From contig OX597814.1 of assembly GCA_951406725.2 (NCBI GenBank), positions 207,700,001 through 207,764,000 of the forward strand: 64,000 nt of DNA, read 5' to 3'. The DNA is from Octopus vulgaris (lineage: Eukaryota). The notes beneath the pieces were generated by a model that was not told the origin of the DNA, did not search any database, and saw only the letters and a list, made by a program, of their open reading frames with translations. This document shows, one piece after another, positions 1 to 12,675 of this stretch. Position 1 is the stretch's first letter; each line of letters starts with the position of its first letter. The translations under genes were made by a program, and so were the position numbers.

Positions 1-381
1 TATCGCCCGGCGTTGCTCGGGTTTGTAAGGGAAATAACTATAAAGCATTTTTAGAGAGTTATAGCCAAAAAATAGCAAAAAAAATGCATTAAAAATGGAA
101 AAAAAATTATGGTAAAATTTTTTAAAAGTCGTTGACTCATCGTAGACATTTTTAGAGAGTTACTTCCCTTATATAATAGCCAAAAAATGCATTAAAAATG
201 GGAAAGAATGATGATAAATTTTTTTTTAAATCGTAGACGCCTGCTAATACCCAGAAGGGCTCGATATGATTCACGACTATAAGATACCCGGTTTTGGTTA
301 AACTGCACCGCAAAATGTGGGAGAAGTTAGGAATTTAAATCGTAGGAGACAGACACACAACTTCACTTTTATATATAAAGA
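1..381 (-). mobile_element. Non-autonomous Helitron (3' end cut by window edge)
   Basis: Minus strand starts TCTTTATATATAAAAG after an A; ends with hairpin CCCGAGCAACGCCGGG; same family as 41453, 43021, 48284. Confidence 0.8.
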
Positions 382-740
382 TTAATCAAGTTAATTTTTC
401 CTCAACCAATCACTAATTAGTGTGGTACTTTTATCACCTGGTATGCCTAATGGCTGATCATAGTAGCTGATATGGCAATAGCTATACTGCCACCAACAGT
501 ACTACAGTGACCATTTTAAGTGCCAACAGCTCATCAGTGACACAGAGCTCAAACTGTAACAGATGCTCTTTGCAGCCAAGGGGTTTTGTAGTCAAAACAG
601 TCCAGCAACTTGAGCCTGTAGTCAGCAATATATTAGTTTCCAGTTTATTTTCTTTGAAAGTGTGTGTTAGAATCATAAAAAAATCGTGTATGCTGTACAT
701 TTTTATACACACACATTTACTTGAGAATCATTTACTCATC

Positions 741-1128
741 TTTTACTCTTTTACTTGTTTCAGTCATTTGACTGCGGCCATGCTGGAGCACCGCCTTTAG
801 TCGAGCAAATCGACTCCGGAACTTATTCTTTGTAAGCCCAGTACTTATTCTATCGGTCTCTTTTGCCGAACCACTAAGTGACGGGGACGTAAACACACCA
901 GCATCGGTTGTCAGGCAATGCTAGGGGGACAAACACAGACACACACATATATATATATATATACATATATACGACAGGCTTCTTTCAGTTTCCGTCTACC
1001 AAATCCACTCACAAGGCATTGGTCGACCCGGGGCTATAGCAGAAGACACTTGCCCAAGATGCCACGCAGTGGGACTGAACCCAGAACCATGTGGTTGGTT
1101 AGCAAGCTACTTACCACACAGCCACTCG
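741..1128 (-). mobile_element. tRNA-derived SINE family A (young copy)
   Basis: Head with A/B-box-like TGGCTGTGTGG / GGTTCAGTCCC, CORE-like CTTGGGCAAGT, internal (TA)n(TG)n, tail (AGTAAAAG)n; near-identical copies across the window. Confidence 0.85.
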
Positions 1129-2789
1129 CATTTATTGTATAAACACATACATGAATGTATTTTTGTGCATTTCTGCATTCTCGCTTGTACAACCAAACTC
1201 ACAAATGTATATACACTTCAACAACGCTTTCTTTTTTAAATGCTGCATTAATTTGTTTTCAGTAACATTTCACCACATTTCATGTAACATTTATTGATGC
1301 TGCATTGAAACCCTTTATATACATAACAATAATTCTGTCTTGTCAATCAGATTTGCTGCCGTCTTGTAAGCAAATAGCAAATGTATTTTTCTCATTCTAA
1401 CAAAATAGCAAAAAAAAAAAAAAAATCTTCATTATTCTATATTTTATCTGTTGCACTGTGTATATATTTTATACACATCCTTAAGAGTTGATAAAATATA
1501 GGGTCAATTCAATTGACTGTTTATTATCCTATCCTTATAAAATTATATCAGTTTGATAAATCATTATTGTTAGTGGTGAAAGGTTTGGAATTGCTTTTGA
1601 ATTTCATTAGAATCACATATTTTATGTCACATTTGGTGAACACCAGGGTTGTTACGGGTTCCCAACAAGCCATTAACTGGTTCACTGCATTTTTAACAGT
1701 AAGAGGAACTAGGGATTTTCTTGCTAATCAGGCGGAACAAATATATCACATAGTGGCTTTTTTATTTGAAAGTTGTGTTTTTTCTTTCACTTTTTTTTCA
1801 TTCAAGGTGTTACATCCCTCACTGAAAAGTGCAGACACACACACACATAGATTTGTGTGTATTTATTTTAGAAGTTTTTTGCCATGATTAGTCTGTGAAT
1901 GACCATCTCTCTAGAGAGGTTATGTGCCTGCAGTCATTTAAGCCTAAAAACTTACCTATACAGCTAAATACTTTATAGGTTCCAAACCAATGGTTACTCT
2001 CTAACCATTGGTCATACAAACAATCTTCTCAATATGCTACTGCTCTAATGTTTTAGAGTGTTCTTCTTTTTGGGATATATGCTTAACTGACACACACACA
2101 CATACACACATACAGTGATGATAACACACATACACTCAATAATAAATAGGAAAATAACTAGAATTACATAATGCTATTCATTAGCTTACAATCGTTTCAG
2201 CTATGAGAACCAAACAATCAGCAGTGAGTCCTGCTATGAGATCACACTGTCACAGAAATGAGCTTGTGGATATCAATGATTAAAGTAGTAGGTTATTTAC
2301 TCTGATAAAGCAAAGCAGAATTAGCATCACTTGATAGTTTGGTTGATACAGTTACATATGCTTATTTATTTGCACATGTCTTGTTAATGCACAATTTCTA
2401 TGTATAAAACATTGTTAAACATGAAGCTTGCTTGCATTGAAGACACTTGCCCAGGGCACTATACATTCAGATTGAACCTGCAGCCATATGACTACAAATT
2501 AAAAGCTTCTTAACCTCACAGTCAAGCCTTTACATTGCTAATGCTTTTGATAAAGGATATAAGGTTAGACTGCTTATATATATGTGTGTGTGTGTGTACA
2601 TTATTAAAAAGTCACAAAAACTGTTACTCAGAGTTTCGTGTTCCCATTCGTTACAAACAGGAACGTGAAACTCTGAGTAACAATTTTTGCGAATTTTTAC
2701 TGCTTTTTAATAAAGCATATTTTACTCTACCTCTAGTGTTCGAGTATTATTTTTAGCACCTTGTTTCACATTTATTTACCCTGCTATAG

Positions 2790-2984
2790 CATGTATATAT
2801 ACATGTACATATATATATGTACCTGTTTATGTGTGTGTATATATATATATGTACATGTATGTGTGTGTGTGTGTATATATATATATGTACATGTATGTGT
2901 GTGTGTGTGTGTATATATATATGTACATGTATGTGTATATATGCACATGTATGTATGTGTGTGTGTGTATATATATATGTACAT

Positions 2985-3034
<50 letters not shown>

Positions 3035-3219
3035 GCATGTGTGTGTGTGTGTGTTATGTGAATTTATGGAAAGGAATTGCGTAAAACTCAACAAATTTGT
3101 TAAAAATGGAGATGTTGAAATGTAAGAGAATTCTTATTTGGAATCCTCCAAATTAAAGGATGAAATATAATTCAACCTTTTTACACACACACACACACAT
3201 ATATATATGAACATGTATG

Positions 3220-3251
<32 letters not shown>

Positions 3252-3254
3252 CAC

Positions 3255-3314
<60 letters not shown>

Positions 3315-3345
3315 ACATGTATGTATATGCATATGCATGTATGTA
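2790..3345. repeat. Compound (TA)n/(TG)n microsatellite blocks with GTACATGT cores
   Basis: Direct inspection: 2790-3055 and 3183-3345. Confidence 0.9.
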
Positions 3346-5246
3346 TATGTTGGTGTTTATATATGTATGCCTGCTTCGAAGAACAGGAAATAGTCTATTT
3401 AATCAGACTGAAATTATCAATATTTTTTAACTATTTGTGTCATTTTTGTTGTATTGCGCTGTCATTGCTAAAGTTGCCTTTTAGGAGGGATTTTATTTTA
3501 TCTTTATTTTCATTTGGAAAATTGAGATAATTAGTCGAAGTTAATTGTTCGGTGTGAATTTCTTGTGATTAGTTAATTTATTAGAAGAAGGAAATATGAG
3601 AGTATGATGCAGTTCTAGACAGGGAAAAATGAATTTTGCGACTCATACACTTGTTGTGAGATGATTGATGCAAAGAGTACGAGAAATAGAAAGCATTGCA
3701 ATAGTAGTAGATGAGGCCTAGGGGATTGCTGTAATCTAATTATATATATATATATTTTTAAAACCTTTCATTCATTAGACTGAGGCCATGCTGGGGCACC
3801 ACGTTCGAGTGTTTTAGTCAGTTATATTGATTCCAGTACTTTTTTCTGGCACTTATTTTATATCTGTCATAAGGGACAAAAGCAAAGTGGACTCTTAGTT
3901 CAGTTGATCTTAATTACTGCTAGTTGTTTTGGGGCAATTTACCAGTTTTTTATTCATTCCACATTGATATAAACATGCATGTGTATAGAACCACCTTTTT
4001 CTTTATGCATTCTTAGTATCATCTCACACCATCTTATTTTCCACTGAATGCCCCTTCCACGTCCCCTTTCCCATCTACCCCCACTCGTCTTATCAACAGT
4101 AGCTCTGCTATCAGCTACCTCAATTCAACCCCCACTACTTTCACTTTTATGCCCCTCTGACTTTGTTCCTGGTACTGCACATCCTTCCCATATTCTACCC
4201 TACACACTTCACATCTTTGCTGCCACCAGTTACCTCCCTGACCCACACCTACATATTCCACCTTCCACTCCAAATGATATTTCCGATTGACCATGTCCCC
4301 TTTGTTTTTACCACTCACTGCAATCCCTTATCCATCTCTGTCCATTTTCCACCCTCCTTCACATTTTCAGGATCTTGCTTACCCACCCATATCACTTATA
4401 TTCACCTTCCTAAAGCTTCAGGGTGCACCTTGACACATCTTCACTGCCGGCTTCTTTCTTTTCCAACTGGAGTAGCCATGTACCCCTCTACAGCTTGACA
4501 CCTGTTCTAGTTTTACTATCATACCTTTACTTCACACCACCTGGCATAAAACCTCCTTCCTTGACACTACATCCCACTCAATTGTTGAGTCTTGTTGACT
4601 AAATTACTTAGTGAATGTATGAGTGCCAATGCCATATAAAAAGCACTCAGCACACTGTTAAGTGGTTGGCATTAGGAAAGGTATCCAGTTGTGGTCCCCT
4701 GATTCACCAGCTCCTAGCAAACTGTCCAACTCATGCCAGCATAGGAACAGGTGTTAAATGATGATGTTGATGATGATATATATATATTGATTTATTTGTT
4801 GGATAGTTTTATTAGAAGCTACAGTATGTTTTGATATTGCAGTTTTGTCAAACGATTCATTTGACAAGCTCACAAGATCAAAGCATTCTGCAGTTTGTAA
4901 TGAAACTATTCAATAAATATAGATTTATTCTCTGCATTTTAATGTCTCGAGTTCTTTATTTGATTGTGGCTACTAGTGATATCCCTAGCTCATCATAGTT
5001 GTTATCTGATGAATGTTACTTACAAAATATTAGACAACTCAAAACTACGGTAAAAAAAACACCTGGCTAAAATGTCATGTAGTGGGATTGAACCTAGAGC
5101 CACATGGCTATGAAGCAAACTGCTTAACCGCACAGCAATGCTTGAGAATATTACTGAAAATATTGTTAATTTTATTGGGACATGAAACCAGAAAGCCACC
5201 TATTAAAAGACATAAAGTTGTGTTTTGCTGCTTTCTACTCCATATA

Positions 5247-5645
5247 GGTGCAGGAGTGGTTGTGTGGTAAGTAGCTTGCTAACCAACCACATGGTTCCGG
5301 GTTCAGTCCCACTGCGTGGCATCTTGGGCAAGTGTCTTCTGCTATAGCCCCGGGCCGACCAATGCCTTGTGAGTGGATTTGGTAGACAGAAACTGAAAGA
5401 AGCCTGTTGTATATGTGTATATATATGTATGTGTGTATGTGTTTGTGTGTCTGTGTTTGTACCCCTAGCATTGCTTGACAACCGATGCTGGTGTGTTTAC
5501 ATCCCCGTCACTTAGCAGTTCGGCAAAAGAGACCAATAGAATAAGTACTGGGCTTACAAAGAATAAGTCCCGAGGTCGATTTGCTTGACTAAAGGCGGTG
5601 CTCCAGCATGGCCGCAGTCAAATGACTGAAACATGTAAAAGAGTA
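5247..5645 (+). mobile_element. SINE family A
   Basis: Full-length copy, same head/CORE-like/tail layout. Confidence 0.85.
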
Positions 5646-6171
5646 TACTCTGTCATTGACTTAGGTTCAACTCCAAAACAATCTCCACAACAAGACTAAA
5701 TATGTTTACATGATTAAATTACATCATATACCAAATTGCATAAAGTATTACTTAGTTAATAACCGTTGGCATTTGTCAAACCTTCACCACTTTCTGTATG
5801 TAACAGGATATTTGCAAGACTCTATAATGAATTTTAAGAGCATGTGATAGGTCTAGTGGGCCACCACAAAGCATAAGAAAGCTTGATTGTGAAAGTGTCT
5901 TCACAGCAGGACAAAGTATGTTTTCGCATTCATAATTCCTGAAGATTGTTAATTTTTGTTCCACCTCTTATGAGACTAAATCCTCATCCAATCACTGTTT
6001 ATCCTCTCCAGTCAGTATGTAGCTTCTTAGATGATCAGGTTTCTGATTTCCAGATTGCTTAAACGTACTAACTTAAGGATTGGTACATTATTTACTTCAG
6101 TACTGTGCCTCTGCAATTTACTTGCCAATTCTGAGTTCACATGTTTTAATTCTTAGTTGTGTTTAATAATG

Positions 6172-6230
<59 letters not shown>

Positions 6231-6233
<3 letters not shown>

Positions 6234-6710
6234 CTTCAGACAAAGAACATGCCTCCTCATTGATATGACCGTCTCAATCGATATAAACGTATCTGTCAAG
6301 ACCTACCAGAAAGTGAGCAAATATAAAGATCTTGAAATAGAAATCAGCAAAATGTGGAACCTGAAGACTAAAACAATACCTGTTGTCATAGGTGCCCTGG
6401 GAATGATAGCGAAAGGGGCTGATTGCTACCTAACTCAGATACCAGGAAACCCCAAAATGGCAGAAATTCAAAAGATAGTGCTCATGGGAACTGCTCAGAT
6501 CCTACGCAAAATACTTTCTATGTAATCTCAGGGTTTAAAACAAACATTTTTCTTTTGGGACATTCACTAGTACAACACAAAAAAAAGACCCCAAGTATAT
6601 GGTACTCTAGGCATAACAACAACATGAACTTCCAACCTGTTGTCTCTTGAGGTCTCTGGGTGAGACTTGGAGCCAACTTGTATACAAATATAAAGCAAAA
6701 GTCAAACCTA
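6231..6710 (+). mobile_element. 3' fragment of a Dong/R4-clade (REL endonuclease) non-LTR retrotransposon in (TAA)n
   Basis: Frame reads TCLLIDMTV...KVSKYKDLEIEISKMW...PVVIGALG...IQKIVLMGTAQILRKIL-stop (6525), typical REL domain C-terminus; TAA repeats on both sides. Confidence 0.8.
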
Positions 6711-6729
6711 AAATAATAATAATCATAAT

Positions 6730-7249
6730 GCCCTGATGCAGTACCAGGCAGTGGCTCTCATGACTTCTGATCTTAACTGATTGGAAGTGTTATCATGTAC
6801 ATTGTTTTGTCTTGGTATAAAAGATGGACTACAGAAAATATTCTGCTCAATACCACACATTATACTTGTTGTTTGACCGTAACCAATTGAGCATGTCCCT
6901 TAGTAGCTGACGATATGTGCATCTCTGATCACGAGCAGAAGTAGTGGTGAGTGGAAGGCATCATAGCCATGTGTTGAGAGGAATTCTTTGGAGTTTGGAT
7001 AATTCATCTTAAACAACCCTTATTCAGGGATCTTTTGAGCGGGATGGGCTACTTGAAGAAAATTCTAGCTGGGCCCCACCTGCAATGTCATGCGCTGTTT
7101 ATCTTGATATGAGACCACCATGTCGTGCACATATGGTTGTGATTCATGTGCCTGGTGTACCCTTATCGGATGGGTAGTCATGATGGGTATACTGGGCTTC
7201 AGATATTTTAGCTTCGTGTCACTTTCATGGCATGTACTGCTCTCTCACT
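6730..7249 (+). mobile_element. Non-coding repeat flanked by (TAA)n, probably 3' UTR of another TAA-targeting retroelement
   Basis: Ends CTCTCTCACTC(AAT)n; its last ~150 nt recur at 27975-28121 (-) and 28337-28488 (+). Confidence 0.55.
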
Positions 7250-7274
7250 CAATAATAACAATAATAATAATAAT

Positions 7275-7865
7275 GGTTTCAAATTTTGGCACAAGGCCAG
7301 CAATTTTGGTGGAGTGGGTAAGTCAATTACAGTGTTTAACTTGTATTTCTTTTATTGACCTTGAAAGGATGAAAGGCAAAAGTCAGCCTTGGCAGAATTT
7401 GAACTCAGAACATGAAGATGGACGAAATGCCAATAAGTATTTTGCCCAGTATGCTAATGATTCTGCCAGCTCACTGCCTTGATAATAATAATAATAATCT
7501 TTTTTACTATAGGCACAAGGCCTGATATTTTAGAGGGGATTGTTAATCGGTTACATTGAACCTAGCAGAATTTGAAGTCAGAACATGAAGACAGACAAAA
7601 TGCAACTAAGCATTTTATTTGACATACTAACAATTGTGCCATTGTTCAAATTTTTCCACAAGGGCAGCACTTTTGGGGGAGAGGACGAGTCAGTTATATC
7701 AGTTACATCAACCCCAGTGTTCAGCTGGTACTTATTTTATCGACCCCAAAACGATGAATGGCAAAGTCAACCTCAGCAGAATTTGAACTCAGAACGTAGT
7801 GACTGGCAAAATACCACTAAGCATTTTGTCCAGCACGCTAACGATTCTGCCAGCTTGCCACCTTA
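7275..7865 (-). mobile_element. Cluster of about three SINE family C copies in (TAA)n
   Basis: Repeated GGATGAAAGGCAAAGTC..AATTTGAACTCAGAAC..GATTCTGCCAGCT motifs separated by TAA repeats. Confidence 0.75.
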
Positions 7866-7891
7866 AATAATTATAAGGATAACAATTATTA

Positions 7892-7926
<35 letters not shown>

Positions 7927-7945
7927 CATCATTATTATCATCATC

Positions 7946-8605
7946 GTGGTGAGCTGGTTGAATCATTAGCATGCTGGATAAAATGCTTAGCAATATTTCA
8001 CTCATCATTGCGTTCTGAGTTCAAATTCTGCTGAGGTTGGCTTTGCCTTTCATCCTTTTCGGGCCGACAAATTAAGTACCAGTTGCATACCAGAGTAAAT
8101 CTAATTGACTAGCCCCTCCTCCCAAATTTCAGGCCTTGTGTCTATAGTAGAAAGGATTATTATTATTATTATTATTATTATGTAAGGTAGTGAGCTGACA
8201 GAATTGTTCGCACACCAGACAACATGCTTGGTATTTCATTTGTCTTTACATTCTGAGTTCAAATTCTGCTAATGTCAACTTTTCCTTTCATCCTTTTTGG
8301 GGTCAATGAAATAAGTACCAGTTGAGCACTGAGGTCGATGTAATCAACTAACCCCCTCCCCCAAAATTTCAGGCCTTGTGCCTATAGTAGAAAGGATTAT
8401 TATTATTAAGGCGGCAAACTAGCAGTCATTAGTACTCTGGGTAATATTCTTAGTGACATTTCGTCTGTTTTCATCTGCCATGGTCAACTTTGCCTTTCAT
8501 TCTTTTGGGGTCAGTAAAATAAGTAGCAGTTATGCACTGGGGTCAATGTAATTGACTTAACCCTCATCCAAAATTGTCAACCTTGTGCCAAAAATTTGAA
8601 ACCAT
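7946..8605 (+). mobile_element. Cluster of three SINE family C copies with (TTA)n tails
   Basis: Heads GGTGAGCTGG, GTTCTGAGTTCAAATTC, CTTTGCCTTTCATCC...AAGTACCAG; tails TTA repeats. Confidence 0.8.
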
Positions 8606-8879
8606 TATTATTACTACTACTAATAATAATATTATTTATAATTTTGAATGAGATATTTAAGGTTTGTGTATTTTTTTATATTATAACATTTTTAGTTACC
8701 AACCCTTTCCTTCTACTTTTCTACTTAGTTGCATGTGCTTTGTAATTATATCACAGTGTTGATGCTAATTGGTTTGATAGTGTCCAGGTCACATGGCTAT
8801 TATTATTCACAAAGCACATTTGAAAATAAATAGCATTTCATCCCGATGACAAAACTTTTAGTTTTTTTTATGAAAAACA

Positions 8880-8923
<44 letters not shown>

Positions 8924-8925
<2 letters not shown>

Positions 8926-9088
8926 CGCAGGAGTGGCTGTGTGGTAAGTAGCTTGCTAACCAACCACATAGTTCCGGGTTCAGTCCCACTGCGTGGCATC
9001 TTGGGCAAGTGTCTTCTGCTATAGCCCCGGGCCGACCAATGCCTTGTGAGTGGATTTGGTAGACGGAAACTGAAAGAAGCCTGTCGTA

Positions 9089-9131
<43 letters not shown>

Positions 9132-9349
9132 GTGTGTGTGTGTATGTGTTTGTTTGTCTGTGTTTGTCCCCCTAGCATTGCTTGACAATCGATGCTGGTG
9201 TGTTTACGTCCCCTTCACTTAGCAGTTCACCAAACGAGAACGATAGAATAAGTACTGGGCTTACAAAGAATAAGTCCCGGGGTCGATTTGCTCGACTAAA
9301 GGCGGTGCTCCAGCATGGCCACAGTCAAGTAAAAGAGAAAGAGTAAAAG
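8924..9349 (+). mobile_element. SINE family A inserted in (TA)n
   Basis: Full-length copy flanked by TA repeats on both sides. Confidence 0.85.
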
Positions 9350-9959
9350 GGTATATATATATATATAAATATATATATATAGGACAAATTATATATATAT
9401 TAATGAAGGACAAATTAAATTGACAACGAAGACAAACCGATAAAACCTATCTCCTCAGAGAGGATTTATTTCTAAAAGAAACCTGATATTTTAACTGCTG
9501 TTAAAGATTTATGCAAAAAATAAAATCAAATACACTCACATAGGAAATGAAAGCATGATTTAATATTAAATTAATTCAGTATAATTAGTAAATTTAAATA
9601 TCACTTCCTAATTTTATTTTAATGTCTTGTTTAAATTAAATTTGGTAAACATTTCTGAGGAATCAGGCTAAATTTGGTGTTTGCTTGATCAGATTGTTTT
9701 CCGTTGTCATGTTAAGGTTACCTTGATCAGCTATACATTTTAACGGATTTTGTAGAGCATACTTTTGACCTTGCAGTTCTGTAATTAACTGCCAAACTTA
9801 GACATTTAACATAACAATTTTATTATTATTTTTGGCTATCAAAATAATTGTTTTGAATATAATAATATCATCATCATAATGTGATGCTTGGTTTAACATC
9901 ATCACTACAACTTTGTCTTTGTAACACTCAAAGAATTCAAACACAGTCCTACCCATGTC

Positions 9960-10270
9960 TAACATCATTCCATCTACAATACATATTCTGGACATTGGCT
10001 ACCTTTATCACACCTGTCTTGGAGGGCCTGTTTTTCATTTTTTTTTCTTTGTGACATTTTATGAAAACCTAATCTGATTGCTGAGTTGTTATTCAACCCT
10101 AAATCAGCATCTGTTTGAGCAGTCATCAGAAAAATCACTCCACCATGACCATTCCAACATTTTCTCCTTTTTCTCAGACATACTACGTTTAGAACTGCAT
10201 TGTTCAATGTATCCTTCATGTTTAAGCTGGTAGGATGTGATCTGAGGAAGATTTCTTTTAGGTTTAGTAA
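9960..10270 (-). mobile_element. Possible highly decayed LINE 3' end
   Basis: LRKRRKCWNGH and downstream KK..GPP resemble the RRLRWxGH / KRxxGRP C-terminal LINE motifs; weak. Confidence 0.3.
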
Positions 10271-11012
10271 CCACATAGAGTGGCTTCCTCATCAGTTGGA
10301 AAATAAGTTGAGTTAAATGCTGTTGTGAAAGAAAGAACACAGCCATATGTTTAAATGATAACAAAACTATTATTATAAATAGTGCAGAAAATGTAAAATA
10401 GATGGAAACAGCATAGAAATGTATTAGTAACAAACCCAGTATTTCAAGCCAGTCACATTCAAGCACCCACATTTACATGTACGTATGCATTTCCAATAAT
10501 AATAATAATAATGATGATGATGATGATGATGATAAAGTTTCCAATGGCTACAGTTAGTAAAAGATTATACATAGTCATTAGCACACATTATATGAGAACA
10601 TTCCTGAAAGAAGTAGTATTTAATGTCTTCAAATATTTCATTGGTTTCTTTTCTTTTTTTTCCTTTTTTTTTGTATATTGTAATATTTTTTACAAATTAT
10701 AATTTCATATATTCTTAAAATATTTTCCTTTTTATGTATTTCATACTACCAAAATTCTATGCATGCATGCACACGCAGGCACACACACATATATACACAC
10801 ACACACACTTTATCTCATTCCCTGTCTGTCTCTTTCTCCCCTTTTCTCCCCTTTTCTCCCTCCTCTCTCTCTCTCTCTCTCTCTCGCATGCACACATATG
10901 CACCTGTGAGTTATCTAAAAGATGGTACTTTGTTTTTCAATCTTGAAGAATTCTACGATATTATTAAACAGATCTCTCCCTATGAAATTCTCTCTCTCCC
11001 TCTCTTTCTCTT

Positions 11013-11060
<48 letters not shown>

Positions 11061-12506
11061 CCCTACTACTGAAAAAAAAGTAGCTTAATCATACAAATAA
11101 AATGAATTACCATCTTTATTTTCTCCCCAGCTACTTCTTCCCCCTTTCAAATATTCCCCCCCATTTAGTCAAAGAGACTCCTTTTCTTTTCTTGTCTTTC
11201 AAGTTACTTGTTAACCTCACTAATGCCAGTGGCAGGAAAAGAAGTACCCAGTACACATTGTAAAGTGATAAAGGGGTTGATATTAGGAAGGGCATCCAGC
11301 CTCAGAAACCATGCCAAAGCTGACTTTGGAACTTGGCCCAGTCATGTGGATCATTGGATCCTGTCAAACCATCCAACCTATGCCAGCATGGAAAATGAAT
11401 GTTAAATTATGATGATCTAATAATTTAATGCATTATGTGCAAAAAGAAGAAGTGAAAAGAAATAGAAGAAATATACAAAGAATCTCAATTTGCCATCAGC
11501 TCCATGTTGTATAGAGCTACACTTGTTGGTTCTCTTGTTTTAGAAATCACTATCGTCATAGTTATCTGTTGAATGCTTCGTGTTCTTAGGTTGTTCCTAC
11601 TCAAATAATAATGTAATCTATTTCAGTTTGGGCCCGTTTTCCTTTTTTGCTAAGGGTGGAGTGGAGCTTAGTCTACCTCAGAAAGGCTACTTGACTATAA
11701 TGGTGGTCTTGATGGATTTTGAAATCAGAACACACAAAGCTTAGAGAGATACGCAAGGTATCCCATCCGATTCTGTCTATCCACTGCTTGGATCAGGTAC
11801 TTTATTTATTGTCCCATTCCACCCAGTGCTCCCACATACAAAAATGTAAAATCAAAGTTTACATTGGCTGGATTTGAGAGCATGAAGAATTAGAACAAAA
11901 TCCAGCAAGGGATTTAATCTAATCATCATCATAATAACTCTGCCAGCTGAGTAAAGCATAGTCTTAATTATACTTACCAGATCTTAGATGACTAAGCGAA
12001 TAAAGATTTTTGAATGAAAAGCATTCAATGATTGAACAAATGATTTGTTACTATATTGCAGATGTAGTTTTAATTAAAGTGTTGGATAGGAGCACTACAC
12101 TGTATTAGCCCACACTTAAGTATGTCTTCAGGCAGAAAGCATTCCTTGGAAAGTTACTCTGCCCCTGTCATTATTCTATGTTCACCAAAATATCTTTTGG
12201 TGAAAAATTCTTTATTTTCCCTGTCTTCTAAGATCTGGTAAGTACATGTAAGATTATGCCTTACTGATGAGGTCTAATTAAACTGAAACATAGCTGGAAT
12301 TGTCATTGTGCTTATCATAATCAGACTCACTCCCTATTGTATATCCTACTTCAAATTCGTTGAACAATAAAGCTCATCTGTAGTCTGTTGTTTTGATTGT
12401 TTCATATTTTTACAATCTTAAAATTTAGATTTCAATGTTTCATCCTTTGTCTTTCTTCACAGAATTATTCATTAAACATAATGATTTTCCTCTCAATAAT
12501 AGATAT

Positions 12507-12675
12507 TACGTTCTGAGTTCAAATTTCGCCGAGGTCGACTTTGCCTTTCATCCTTTCGGGGTCGATTAAATAAGTACCAGTTACACACTGGGGTCGATAT
12601 AATCGACTTAATCCGTTTGTCTGTCCTTGTTTGTCCTCTCTGTGTTTACCCCCTTGTGGGTAGTAAAGAAATAGA
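12507..12675 (+). mobile_element. SINE family C, 5'-truncated young copy
   Basis: Matches 37127 copy, CpGs retained. Confidence 0.8.

Noticed and set aside
4020-4560. Pro/Leu/His-rich ORFs in a C/T-skewed stretch
   Set aside because: Compositional bias only; no domain or splice support, probably old repeat sequence.
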